DNA of 63,618 bases, counting the filler, from Octopus bimaculoides (Eukaryota): assembly GCF_001194135.2 (NCBI RefSeq). It is 5 parts of 5 records of this genome, joined end to end, with 100 filler letters (N's around TTAATTAATTAA, not from the genome) between each part and the next. Parts side by side here need not be neighbours in the genome. Positions count along the whole stretch, not along the records: positions 1 to 20,589 come from NC_068994.1; positions 20,690 to 29,397 come from NC_068982.1; 3 more parts are not named here. One strand, 5' to 3'. Under the pieces are notes generated by a model. The model had not been told where the DNA came from. It did not search any database and was given only the letters and a program-made list of their open reading frames with translations. Shown one piece after another: positions 12,161-24,255 of this stretch. Made by a program: the position numbers and the translations under genes. Every line of letters starts with the position of its first letter. Positions within the stretch are counted from its first letter, which is position 1.

Positions 12161-13029
12161 AGAGTATGTGAGACTATTATTGCTGCTTTTGCTGTTGTTG
12201 TTAGTATCAGGAAGAGAATTCGAGTTAGGACATCAGATATCATTTTACTTCTATCATCAGTAATTCTGAGGAAGTTATCATTGTTGCTATTCTCATTCGT
12301 AAATGTCCGTCTAATTTGTGTTGAAATTTTTATTCCAAAGCAAAACAATCAATATCGCTGTCTTACATAAATATGGCGTAGTTTGGCGGTTTAACGCCAG
12401 AACAGATGTCCCTTCGAGTTGCATTTCTATCTGTCCATATGTTCTGGTAGCATTTTTTGCTATGTTTCTCTGTTGAAATTGTCAGCTAAAACTACACAAA
12501 TTGTACTGGCAATGGCTACAGAATCATTAATAGCATCATGTTATTTCTTTTTATTTATTAGTTAATTGCTGTTGTTGTTGTCATTCTATTTGACTGAAAA
12601 TTCTGAAAATGATCAAACCTGTAACATTTTCGCAAAAGTTTTCTGGAATAAATGAATAACATTCGGATTCAGCGTCAAAAATTACATTTATGTGATACAT
12701 TAAACAATTTTTCTAAACATTTCACAAGCAGTGACGGTAACGACAAAGATCCGATATTGGAGCTCAACACATTTATCCGGCTTATCAGATTCTGTTAAAC
12801 CGTCTAAATCATACCAGAATGGAAGACGGATGTTGAATGATGATGATAATAATTACAAAAACATACATACACACATACATACATGCACACACACATACAT
12901 ACATACATATATACATACACACACACACATATATACATACATACATACGCATACATACATACATACATATCTACATGCCTACACACACACACACAGATAC
13001 ACACACACATACATACATATAGAATGATA

Positions 13030-13208
13030 TACATTATTTACATTTGACGGATATTTGTCCTCATCTTGTTTGTTGTTAACACAACGTTTCGGCTGATTTA
13101 CTCTCCAGCCTACATCAGGTGTCTTGGGGAAGTTTCGAACTTGAGTTCTCATTCCTAAGGTATTATTCGACGTTGTTGTTGTTGTTGTTGTTATTATTAT
13201 TATTATTA

Positions 13209-13259
<51 letters not shown>

Positions 13260-13408
13260 TCACTGCCTGGAATCGAACTCAGAATCTTGGGGTTAGTAAC
13301 CCGCGCTCTTAACCACTACGCCGTGTGCCCGTGGTTACGGGCATATGGCGTAGTGTAAATCATGTAAATCATGTACATAATTCCTCATCTCTCAAATCTA
13401 GAACTGTA
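13030..13408 (-). mobile_element. Chimeric tRNA-head/hammerhead element, copy 2, with a 5' fold-back and an inverted tail segment
   Basis: Collinear with 1443-1753. 19-bp inverted arms at 13314-13332/13337-13355, then a plus-strand TGTAAATCATGTACATAATTCCTCATCTCT segment. Confidence 0.8.
13078..13126 (-). ncRNA. Minimal type I hammerhead motif (A9U)
   Basis: AAGACAC-CUGAUGU-A-GGCUG-GAGAGUAAAU-CAGCC-GAAAC-GUU-GUGUU; palindromic ACGU stem III. Confidence 0.6.
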
Positions 13409-13782
13409 GACTGATATGACTGTAGAGACTCGCAAACAGGAGTTCAATTTTCTGCATCAAAGTTACGATGATTGCCCCGCTTCTTCAGCTGTTGTGGGTC
13501 AGCTTCTCTTAGCACCATCAATTACAAATACGTGTTTTATGGTTCTGAGAGCACCGGACTCTTGACCGCGATCATCGTATCATTGATACAGAAACTTAAT
13601 GTCCTGTACGTGAGTCTCCATAATTCTATCATTCAATAAATATAGACCTCTGTTCCCACCCATATTGAGATCTATCTCTGTTGTCGCCATATGGGGTTTG
13701 TCAATATTTTTATACATATGTGTGTATATATATAAACATACACACAAACACACTCACTGATATTTTTATGTGTCTGTGTATA

Positions 13783-13839
<57 letters not shown>

Positions 13840-14250
13840 CAAGGTATATATGCTGGTCATTGACACCGTAACATGCGCAAAAACTAAGTTGGAAAGATCA
13901 CAGCTGTGTGTGGTACAATTGATTTAATACTGAAACTGAAGTCTGTGCGTGAGTGTATGTATGAATGTATGTGTCTGTGTTTGTGTATATGTATGTGTAC
14001 ACATGTATGTACTTGTACATATGAGTGTATGTATGTATATATGAAGATGTGTATGTATTTATCTGTTTATGTGAATACACCTATATGTATGTTTGTGTGT
14101 ATGTATTTGGATATGTGTGTGTGCATGTATGTGTATGTCTTTATAGTGTGTATGTATGTATTACATGGGTATGGGTGCATGTATATGTATGAGAGAGAGC
14201 GGGGGGAGAGAGGAGAGATGGAGAGACAGAGGGAGAAAGAGAGACAGATG

Positions 14251-14283
<33 letters not shown>

Positions 14284-14451
14284 TTATCTATATCTTCATA
14301 TATAAAACGCCATGTCACTAGTTTGTTTTGCTTGTTGGTTTTCTTATCTCTGTTCCGCTGGAAGGAGAAAATAGTGATTGTGCTGAAGGAGGAAGAGAAA
14401 GAAAGGTAGATTAGCGAAGTAAGGAGACAGACGAGAGAGGGAGGGAGAGAG

Positions 14452-14482
<31 letters not shown>

Positions 14483-15340
14483 NNNNNNNNNNNNNNNNNN
14501 NNNNNNNNNNNNNNNNNNNNNNNNNNNNNNNNNNNNNNNNNNNNNNNNNNNNNNNNNNNNNNNNNNNNNNNNNNNNNNNNNNNNNNNNNNNNNNNNNNNN
14601 NNNNNNNNNNNNNNNNNNNNNNNNNNNNNNNNNNNNNNNNNNNNNNNNNNNNNNNNNNNNNNNNNNNNNNNNNNNNNNNNNNNNNNNNNNNNNNNNNNNN
14701 NNNNNNNNNNNNNNNNNNNNNNNNNNNNNNNNNNNNNNNNNNNNNNNNNNNNNNNNNNNNNNNNNNNNNNNNNNNNNNNNNNNNNNNNNNNNNNNNNNNN
14801 NNNNNNNNNNNNNNNNNNNNNNNNNNNNNNNNNNNNNNNNNNNNNNNNNNNNNNNNNNNNNNNNNNNNNNNNNNNNNNNNNNNNNNNNNNNNNNNNNNNN
14901 NNNNNNNNNNNNNNNNNNNNNNNNNNNNNNNNNNNNNNNNNNNNNNNNNNNNNNNNNNNNNNNNNNNNNNNNNNNNNNNNNNNNNNNNNNNNNNNNNNNN
15001 NNNNNNNNNNNNNNNNNNNNNNNNNNNNNNNNNNNNNNNNNNNNNNNNNNNNNNNNNNNNNNNNNNNNNNNNNNNNNNNNNNNNNNNNNNNNNNNNNNNN
15101 NNNNNNNNNNNNNNNNNNNNNNNNNNNNNNNNNNNNNNNNNNNNNNNNNNNNNNNNNNNNNNNNNNNNNNNNNNNNNNNNNNNNNNNNNNNNNNNNNNNN
15201 NNNNNNNNNNNNNNNNNNNNNGGAAACAGTTAGTCCAAAGTGTAGGAGGTTAAAGCAGGATAAAACTGGCAGGACCACGTGACCGTACAGTATATAGTTG
15301 AAATTTACAGACAAGCAAAAGACGAAGACAGGTGTATGAA

Positions 15341-15414
<74 letters not shown>

Positions 15415-15846
15415 ATATTTATTTATTTATTTATTTTCCACTGCGGGACTACAGCCCCAGATTTATTAACAAAAGCAATTATAACTTGCTTTACATTTCA
15501 AATCCTCTAAAAATCCCGTTTTGTGCATTATTAAACATACTAACTAACCACGATGTTAACGTATACCCTGTCGTGCAAATTATACAGACAAGTTTAACTG
15601 TCCTAGCTTGTGTATATTATAAATAGGCATAAACTACTCATGTCTCTAGGGACAGAAGATTGTTATTGTTGCAGTGATGAAAATTTAAACAGTCTCTAAA
15701 CTAGTTAGATCGACCCCCAACATTTTCTAAAAAAAAACAACAAAAACAGCCATGAGGTGTAGTCACTTCGTTTATTTATTCCAGGGTGTTACAAATACGA
15801 AAAAGCTATGTCTGACCACTCAGAATAAAGAATTCAAATATAAGAC

Positions 15847-16456
15847 GGTTAGCATGAATTTTACCGTCGTAAAATAGTGAAAGTAAATTGTCCTTAGAAA
15901 ATGAAAGTTCATTGCGATATAGAAACCGGAAGTGTCGACAGTGATATCCCGTTATTTTATGTAAACACTGTATGTGACATACCGATGTACCAGATGTATA
16001 ATCGCATGTATGTTTAATATAACATGAAAACCGTAAATATATTTTATATGGGATGAAAGCAATCATATTTGCGGGAAAATATAAGTCATTGATGCATGAG
16101 TTGAAATCCATAATAATTCTTCTCGATCCCTAAATTCATTTCGTTACACATGCTTATGATGAAGATATGATATAAATAAATCATCACTAATCCCATGTTG
16201 TTGCTTTAGTTTCTTCTTGGCAAGCATCCATTGCCCTTCTATTATCTGTCTGTGGGCAATGTCATTATTTGGATCAACAAGATTGAGTGAATGGTTGACA
16301 ACTTCATAAGTATAGAAGTTACGGAGATCCACAAAGGAAACCCACCAACCGGTTACCAAACGTGTTTTATGGGATTTTGGTGTTTCACTGTCGTCACTTC
16401 CGGTTTCTCTTGCAAGGAACTTTCACTGTTTTATGACGCTAAACTGCATGTTAACC
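15847..16456 (-). mobile_element. Internally deleted Merlin (IS1595/ISXO2-like) DNA transposon
   Basis: Imperfect TIRs of about 100 bp starting GGTTA (core AGAAACCGGAAGTG[T/A]CGACAGTGA), enclosing an ISXO2-like fragment; possible degenerate 8-bp TSD TATAAGAC/GCTAAGTC. Confidence 0.8.
16144..16359 (-). pseudogene. Merlin/ISXO2-like transposase C-terminal fragment
   Basis: YEVVNHSLNLVDPNNDIAHRQIIEGQWMLAKKKLKQQHGISDDLFISYL matches the VNHS..FVDP..GAHTQ.IEG.W...K motif. Confidence 0.85.
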
Positions 16457-17249
16457 GCTAAGTCTGTGAGAGAATAAACATATTGAATGTCCATCATTGA
16501 CAAGATCAAACAAGCTCGAAGTCCCGTTACCTGCTGATCTCGGCGCTGGAGGGAGCGGGGTCTAGCGATATGAACAAAGAATGCAATTTGCACTAAAAAG
16601 CCAATATGAGAGAAACACTCATGGTAACTACAGCAATATAATTAGGTCTAATAGAACATCCACATTTAAGTGGGGATAAATGTTACCTCTCAATAAACAT
16701 TCAATCCAAAATCGTTAATCTTTCCAAAGAACCATTGGCGAAACAAAATACATTTTGTCGGACTAATGATTATGGATTAAATATTTACTTCGTTTACGTT
16801 TCACAAAGACGCTGATGAGGATAAAATGCATGGCTGAGAAGTTCATTTCAAATTATTATTTAATTAATGTATGTTCATTTTACATAGATGTATGTATGAC
16901 ATAGCTATGATATGATGTGCGTGAGTGGGTAATGTTTTGTAGTAATGTGTAATGGTGTACATTCGATGTGTCACATCCAGGAGTTTAGCATGTGTGGTGG
17001 TTGCTGTGCCAAGGGTGGCACACTAGTACCCTCAGTAGTAGTAGTTGTAGCGGTGGTGGTGGGGGTGGGGTGAAGGGGCGGTAGTGGTTGTGATGGCGGA
17101 CAAACTATCGTAAGTTGTATTTCTGTATTTGTATGAGGGGGAGTGGAATGAGGCTATTAATTGTTGACATTACAAATGGTTCTTGATGTTTATCTTAAAA
17201 CAGGCCATGTTTGTTGGATCGTATTGGTGGTGGTGGTGGTGGTGGTCGT

Positions 17250-17350
17250 GAGTGTCGTAAAGAGAGGGGTAGTGGTGGTGGAGGGGTGAGTGTCGTAAAG
17301 AGAGGGGTGATGGTGGTGGAGGGGTGGGTGTCGTAAAGAGAGGGTGGGGG
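17250..17350 (+). repeat. About 38-bp G-rich minisatellite, 3 units
   Basis: GAGTGTCGTAAAGAGAGGGGT(A/G)(G/A)TGGTGGTGGAGGGGT repeated. Confidence 0.8.
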
Positions 17351-17679
17351 TGGCAGTGATAATAGTGTTGTCGGCGATGGTGATGGTGCAGTAAGTGGTG
17401 GGGGTGGGGTGGTATTAATGATAGTTGTGGCGGTTGTTGTTTCGCTCCAGGTAAATTTTGACCTCGAAAATATGATCACAAGCATTCCAGTCGTGATCAT
17501 CCCGCCTTTTATTCAGACATCGTGTAACTAAGACCACATTATTCAATATTTATATTATCTGAAATGGTAGAGTGTGACACGAAGAATGTTTGGCTGTTAT
17601 TTCTAGCAGACCAACTCCTAACTCCTTCGTTGTCCCGTTATGGTGGTGGGGGGGGGGCGACGCAGTATTGTTGACTGTT

Positions 17680-19260
17680 ATGATGATATAGAGAGAGGAA
17701 GGGAGAGGAGAGAGATTATAAGCGAGCAAGCAGAAGAGATAAGGGGAAAAGGGAGACGGCGGCGGGGGATGATGGTTTTTTTTATGTATGTGTGTAGGTG
17801 TGGGGGAGGCATAACAGGAAGATACAAGGCAACAGAGGAGAGGAGAGAGAGAGAAAGAGAGAGAATTGGAGAGAGACTGCGACGAAGCGAGGAAGAAAGA
17901 GAAGAAAAGTAAAAAAATCAGAAAAACAGTAAAAGAGAGAGAAGAAGTAAAAGAGAAGAGGAGAGACTGCAATGAAGAGAGGAAGAAAGAGAAGAAAAGT
18001 AAAAAAGAGATATTTAGAGGTAGGAGGCATGATAAAAGGAGTGAGAGGTAGAGGTAAGAGAGCGAGTTTATTTATATTGCATAGTGGTAGGAGGCAAGAT
18101 GAAAAACAAGGGGGAAAGGATGAGGAGGAAAGAGAGGAAAAAGTAAGGGGGTGACAAGAAAAAAGTTCAATAATTGTGGTGGCGTTTGAAGAGAGAAAGG
18201 AAGAGGGTTTAAAGAATAAATAGAATAGAAAAGAGAGACAGAGAAGAGTGGGGAAAGTAGGCCATGTTGTTGGTTGATGGTAGTGGTGGGAGATATAATT
18301 GGTATTAGAGAGAGAGGGTGGTGGATAGATAAAAAAGGAGAAAGTATGAGGAAAGTTACTGTGGTGGTGAGGGGCAAAATGACATAGAAGGGAAGGGGGA
18401 AAGAGAGAAGGAGGAGGAGAATAATAAAGAGCGAAAGATAAAATGGTCGTGTTGTCGGGTATGGCGGCAGGAGAGATAATCGGAAGAGATAAGGAATGAA
18501 ATGTAGGATATGGGGGAGGGGGGAAATAATTAAAGAAAGGGAAAGAAGGAGAAAGGAATGAAAGGAAGTAATGTTATGTAGGAGAGAGAGGAAGAGAGGA
18601 AGAAAGAGGATAGAGAGAGTAAAGAGAAAGCGAGAGAGAAAATAAGACGAAGAGAAATAGAGAAGAGGAGAAAGGGAGACACTTAGATAAAGAAGGATTG
18701 AGATAAAACAACGGAGAGAAAGGGAAAGAGAGTAAGACTTGGATGTGAGGGAAGAAGATGAAGAGAAAAGAGATAGGTTGAGAGAATAAGACGAAGAAAC
18801 AAAATGGAGAGAAGGAGACGAAAGAGAAAGAATGAAAAGATTAGAGAAAATATGAAGGAAAAAGATTAGAGAGAATGTGTAGGACTCTGAGAAAGTGTAG
18901 AGAAGTGTATGAGAACGAGAGAGGAGGAGGAGGAGAAATGAAATGGCAGTGCAAGGAAAATGAGAGAAAAAGTCGATAGAAAGAGAGCAATCATGGCGTA
19001 TGTTTGTGGGGAGGGGGGAGAATAGAGAAGGGGAGGAGAGGGAAGAGTTGCGTTTTCTGTGTGTCTTTATCTTCTTTCTTTTACTCGGTTAGAAGAGTGT
19101 GAGTGTGAGTGGAAGATGGGAGAATGTGATGAAAGTTGGAAGGAAGCGAAGTCAGTGTGGTAGAAAAATAATGAGAAAACGGGGAGAAATCGATAATATC
19201 TAGTAAAAGTTGGGGGGAGGGGGCGAGGGGTAAGGAAGCGGAGGTTGATAGGGAAAACAA
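17680..19260 (+). repeat. About 1.6-kb purine-rich (GA) low-complexity tract
   Basis: Strong A/G strand asymmetry throughout; no credible ORF. Confidence 0.85.
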
Positions 19261-19334
19261 TAAAATAACGAATTGCTTAGGGGAAAGGGGGACGGAGGAA
19301 TAGTAGTCGTAGGAGTTGTGCAAAATATAAAACT

Positions 19335-19365
<31 letters not shown>

Positions 19366-19409
19366 ACAAATACATATATATACACATTATATGTAACATA
19401 AATATATAT

Positions 19410-19760
19410 ATAGTCTTTATTCTTGTACTGCGGCCATGCTGGAGCACAGCCTTTAGTCGAGCAAATCGACACCAGGACTGATTCTTTGTAATTCTAGTAC
19501 TTATTCTATCGGGCTCTTTTGCCGAACCGCTACGTTACGGGGACGTAAACACACCAACATCGGTTCTCAAGCAGTGGTGGGAAACACATACACATATGGC
19601 GGGCTTCTTTCAGTTTCCGTCTACGCGATCCACTCACAAGCTTTAGTCGCCCCGAGGCCTTAGTAAAAACACTTGTCCAAGGTGCCATGCATTGGGACTG
19701 AACCCGAAAACTGTGTCTAGAAAAGAAATTTCTCACCACACAGTCACGCCTGCGTCTATC
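19410..19760 (-). mobile_element. Near full-length SINE family B
   Basis: Tail CTGCGGCCATGCTGGAGCAC, centre TTTTGCCGAACCGCTA, head CCAAGGTGCCATGCATTGGGACTGAACCCG. Confidence 0.85.
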
Positions 19761-20381
19761 ATTTATTGGTCAGTTATTTTACGTATATGTATATATTTAC
19801 TATTTATTTGGCCCTCAGTTTGCAGGATTTTTGGTGTGAAATCGAATGTCAAATCATTTGAACCTTTCCAGCACTATTCTGTCAATAGGGATGCAACCAC
19901 ACCGGCTGCAGTTTTAGTTCAGTTTTTATGGTTTAATTAATTTATTACTAAGGAGAAAATCATTCAATAAATTTATTAATTCATCAAGTGCTGTCATGAG
20001 TGAGTGGTTCTTCGCAACCATTTGGCTCCCGAGTTCGATCCCACAGCACGGGGCTCTAGGTTTTAGTTTGCCTAATGAATTTCTGAGGTGAACATCGTAG
20101 ACGGAAATTGCGCAGAAGCCCACAACACACACACACATGTATGTATGTATATATATATATATGTACATATGTATATATATATATGTATATATACATAGAT
20201 ATGTATGTGTGTGCGTGTGTATATATACATACATGCATGCATATGTGTGTGTGTGTGTATGCGTGTGTGTGTGTGTCTGTATTTGTGTATGGTTGAAATT
20301 TATAGAAAAACAAAAGGCGAAGACACGTGTATGAACAATAAGGAAGTGTATTAGTTTGACGCTCGGGAAAAATGAAAGAAG

Positions 20382-20419
20382 TCTTTTATGTTTCGAGCCT
20401 ATGCTCTTCAGCAGAAAAG
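20382..20419 (-). ncRNA. Degenerate minimal hammerhead motif (probably inactive)
   Basis: CUUUU-CUGCUGA-A-GAGC-AUAG-GCUC-GAAAC-AUA-AAAG; A6C and G16.2A changes. Confidence 0.45.
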
Positions 20420-20589
20420 AATATGGAGAACTAAACAGAAAGGATGAGAGAAAACTTGTAGATTTAGCAGTCAAGCATGGTGAATATATGTATGTATGTG
20501 TGTTTGCGCGTGTGTGTGCGTGTGTGTGTATGTGGCTGGCACACACACACACACACACACACGCACACATACACAAACAACGACAGATC

Positions 20590-20689
20590 NNNNNNNNNNN
20601 NNNNNNNNNNNNNNNNNNNNNNNNNNNNNNNNNTTAATTAATTAANNNNNNNNNNNNNNNNNNNNNNNNNNNNNNNNNNNNNNNNNNNN
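20590..20689. other. Artificial scaffold spacer 1 (44N-TTAATTAATTAA-44N)
   Basis: Identical 100-bp structure at four sites; the 12-mer gives stops in all six frames. Confidence 0.95.
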
Positions 20690-21544
20690 AAAGAGAATGC
20701 GGACGCCTCGGCGGCGGACTTCCGCCGCCGAACCGCCGGCGCGATGGAAAGGCCGACGTGTCGGCTGCGATACGAGCCACGCGGTCGCTACCGTACATGG
20801 TAGGGTAATACTATTAAATAGATAGCTTACTACACCTTTTTAGCGGAAGTTTGCTTGTAGATGACATTCTAGGTGGAGCTCTACCCTCACAAGTAACCAT
20901 CGTATATCTAACTACACAGGTAAAAAATTCCACACACATATAAATGTGCGTGTGTGTTTGCATACGCATATATGTGTCTGTTCATACGCATGTTTGTGCA
21001 TGCGTCCGTACATACATATGTGCGTAGGTACGTGTGTATATGTGTGTATATGTGTGTGCGTGTATGGACATATATTCATATGTATCTGTACATGTATATG
21101 CGTATGTATTTATGATTTCAACTTCTAGTAGTTATAGCAGCGATACATCCATCAAATTACGCTGTATTCCTCTGAGAAGATGAAGGACAAACCAGACAAT
21201 ATAAACGGGTCAAATCTGCGAATATAGGTCTGCTTGGTCGAAACTTCATTTGCTACTAAACAATAACAGCGATTGAAAGATACATCTAACTGAAAGTAAT
21301 GGATGCTTAGAAAGCGTTACACATCAAAAATTTAGCACAGTGTCTGCCACACTGTGAGCCGCCGCACTGTGGCGTGCTACGAGAGATTCCTGGAGTGCCG
21401 CGAAAAGTATTTTCGGGAAACAACGATCCATGAACATTCGTGTTTAAATATATATTAATTATATAAATCGTAAAATATGGTAAACATAAATTACGTTACA
21501 CGACGAAAAACAGATTTGCTACAATGTATTACATTTGTTCTGAT

Positions 21545-22190
21545 GAGGTAGAATTTGCCATTCATCCTTTCGGTATCGATAAATTAAGTACCAGTTGCAT
21601 ACTGTAGTTGATATAATAGATTGGCCCCCTCCGCAAACATTTCAGTCCTTTTGCCTAGAGTAGAAAAGAAAAGAATACATTACATTTCTTAAGGCGGCGA
21701 GCTAGCAGAAACGTTTGCACGCCGGGCGAAATGCGGCATTTTGTCTGCCGCTACGTTCTGAGTTCAAATTCCGCCGCGGTCGACTTTGTCTTTCATCCTT
21801 TCGAAGTCGATTAAATAAGTACCAGTTACGCACTGAGGTCGATATAATCGACTTAATTCGTTAGTCTGTCCTTGTTTATCCCCTCTGTTTATAGCCCCTT
21901 GTGGGCAATAAAGAAATAAGAAACGTTAGCACGCCGGGCAAAATGCATAGCGGTATTTCGTCTATCTATACGTTCTGATTTCAAATCTGCTGAGGTCGAC
22001 ATTGCCTTTCATTCTTCCGGGGTCGATAAATTAAGTACCAGTTGTGTTCTGGAGTCGATCTAATCGACTGGTCCCTTTCTCCTAAAATGCCGGGCCTTGT
22101 TCCTAGAATAGAAAATAATATATTACATTTCTTATTCCGTGGTCGACTTTGCTTTTCTTCCTTGTGCCTAGAGAAGAAAAGAATATATTA
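21545..22190 (+). mobile_element. Head-to-tail cluster of 3-4 family C SINEs
   Basis: The GCCTTTCATCC..GATAAATTAAGTACCAG core recurs at about 21560, 21790 and 22000; ATTACATTTCT recurs at junctions. Confidence 0.8.
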
Positions 22191-22325
22191 CATTTCTGCA
22201 TTAAAACCGGGATTGTCTGTCAGTAAATTGTTTAGTAGTCTTTGTTTTTTTTAATTTTGATTTATTAATAATTTACATAAATCATTTTATGTTAATATTA
22301 ATCGATTTTTGGCTTTAGATTTTAA

Positions 22326-24016
22326 CATGAACAAATTTTTCAGTGAGACCTCAACAATATAAGGAAGAGAGTAATAGCTAACAAGACGAACACCAGAATA
22401 AAAAGTCCACCCTGTCAAAACGAAAATATAAAGAAAATTACGTGCAATATGGGTTGTATATTATCGGCGAAAGACAGCTCGGTTCCTTTTTGTATGATTT
22501 GTTTAATAACATTCTCAAATTAAGCGATTGTTTTCAGTAAACTTCAACGTCATTTAATAACAAACCATCTGCAACAAATGGACAAACCAAAAGAAATTCT
22601 TGAGATGCTAAAAAATAATGTAAAAATTCAATCAAACAAACTGAAGAAAAAATTTCACTGAATTCCCGAGAAAGCTCACATCGCTAGTTACAAGATTTCC
22701 CAGCTTTTGGCAAAGAAGAAAAAACACATTTTGAAGCCGAAAACATTATTTTACCAGCCTTGGAGATCATCGTTAGTACAATGATTAGTGACGAAGACCA
22801 TTAAGATTAAGACCAGTCCTTTGTCTGTCCACACGATTTCACGTAAAATTCAAGACAGTTTGCGAGCCATTGATGATCAGTTCCGCGAACATTTCACTGA
22901 AGCAAAAAATGAACTCGGAAACTTGTGGGCCTAACAAATCAATGAAAGTACAGACATCAGCAACAATGCTCAACTAATTTCATTTCCGCGAATCATCAGA
23001 AGTGGTAAAATCATTAGTCACTTTTTTTTCTTTTTGTTGTGAATTGAAGAAAGAACGACAAGAGATGTCTTTAACCTGGTAAACCAAAATGTCGTATTGA
23101 GAGGGAAGCAGCGGCAAACGTCTATTGGCGTTTACACAAAACAATTCACAATTTAAAATTGTACATTGCATGATTCACAGCGAAGCTTTGGTGTCAGTAT
23201 ATCTATCCTGATGGCCTCCTGAAGACGATGGACAATGTTGTTCAAGTAGTGAATTATATAAAATCGCTTTCCCTACGGTGCAAACATTTTGCATCCCTGT
23301 GTGAAATTATGGGTTCTGATTTTAAGTGCTAACTGCTTCAAACAAAAATGCGATGACTCTCGAAAGGAAAAGTGCTCTCTCGATTTATCTCTTTGCAAAC
23401 TGAAATGATATGTTTATTCGATGCTGAAAATTCTGGATTTGAATTTCTTAACGATGACAATTAGTGACTGGAATTAGCATTTCTCAACGATCTTTTTGAG
23501 AAGTTGAACATTTTAAATTTGAGTCTGCAAGGCGCGAACGAAAATATTACAATTACAAGCAAATTAAAAACTTTCACCGACAAGTTAGAAATGTGAATAA
23601 CGCGAATTAAAAACTCGCAGCTTGATTGTTTCGCAGGCGTAGAGAACAAACGAATTAAAAATTTTGTCAGAAGTGCAGAAAACAGTAGAAAACACCGCTG
23701 TATCATTTTCTAAGTATTTTCCATCTCTTCATCATCAAATGTACGAGTGTGTCATCAATCCTTTCGCACGAACAAGAAGAAACTTTAATAGACTCGAAAA
23801 ACGATGCTGTGCACCAAGCCACATTTTCTGTGCTAGAACTTTCAGAGTCTTTGATTTTGGAGTAAATATCATCGATTAGGTACTACTTATGGAAATGAAG
23901 TCAAAAAACGGGAACAATTACAGGTGATAAATGAGGAGGTACGTATTTGTTTATCTAATTTAGAGCCGCATTTAGACAAAATTTTCTCTCAAAATCATTT
24001 GCATCCTTCTCACTAA
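22326..24016 (+). pseudogene. Buster/ZBED8-like hAT transposase pseudogene
   Basis: Frameshifted pieces: KRKYKENYVQYG; SKLQRHL; ASYKISQLLAKKKK; QINESTDISNNAQL; HCMIHSEAL; LAFLNDLFEKLNILNLSLQG; ends HPSH*. Confidence 0.9.
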
Positions 24017-24049
24017 AAACATTCTTATTGCATTATATTAGCTACACGG

Positions 24050-24255
24050 TGAGCTTCAGAAACGTTAGCACGCTGGTCGAAATGCTTAGAGGTATTCCAT
24101 CTGTCTTTACGTTCTGAGTTCAAATTCCGCCGAAATCAACTTTGCCTTTTATCCTTTCGGGGTCGATAAATTAGGTAACAGTTGCGTACTGAGGTCGATC
24201 TAGTCGGCTGGGCCCCTCCCCCAAAATTTCGGGCCTTGTGCCTACAGTAGAAAAG
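24050..24255 (+). mobile_element. SINE family C
   Basis: GTTCTGAGTTCAAATTCCGCCG..CCTTTCGGGGTCGATAAATT..GGGCCTTGTGCCT. Confidence 0.85.

Noticed and set aside
15920-16410. Paired CCGGAAGT ETS motifs as a bidirectional promoter
   Set aside because: Both lie in the Merlin TIRs and no adjacent gene start is evident.
16811-16850. CTGATGAG as a hammerhead core
   Set aside because: No GAAA or paired stem II follows.
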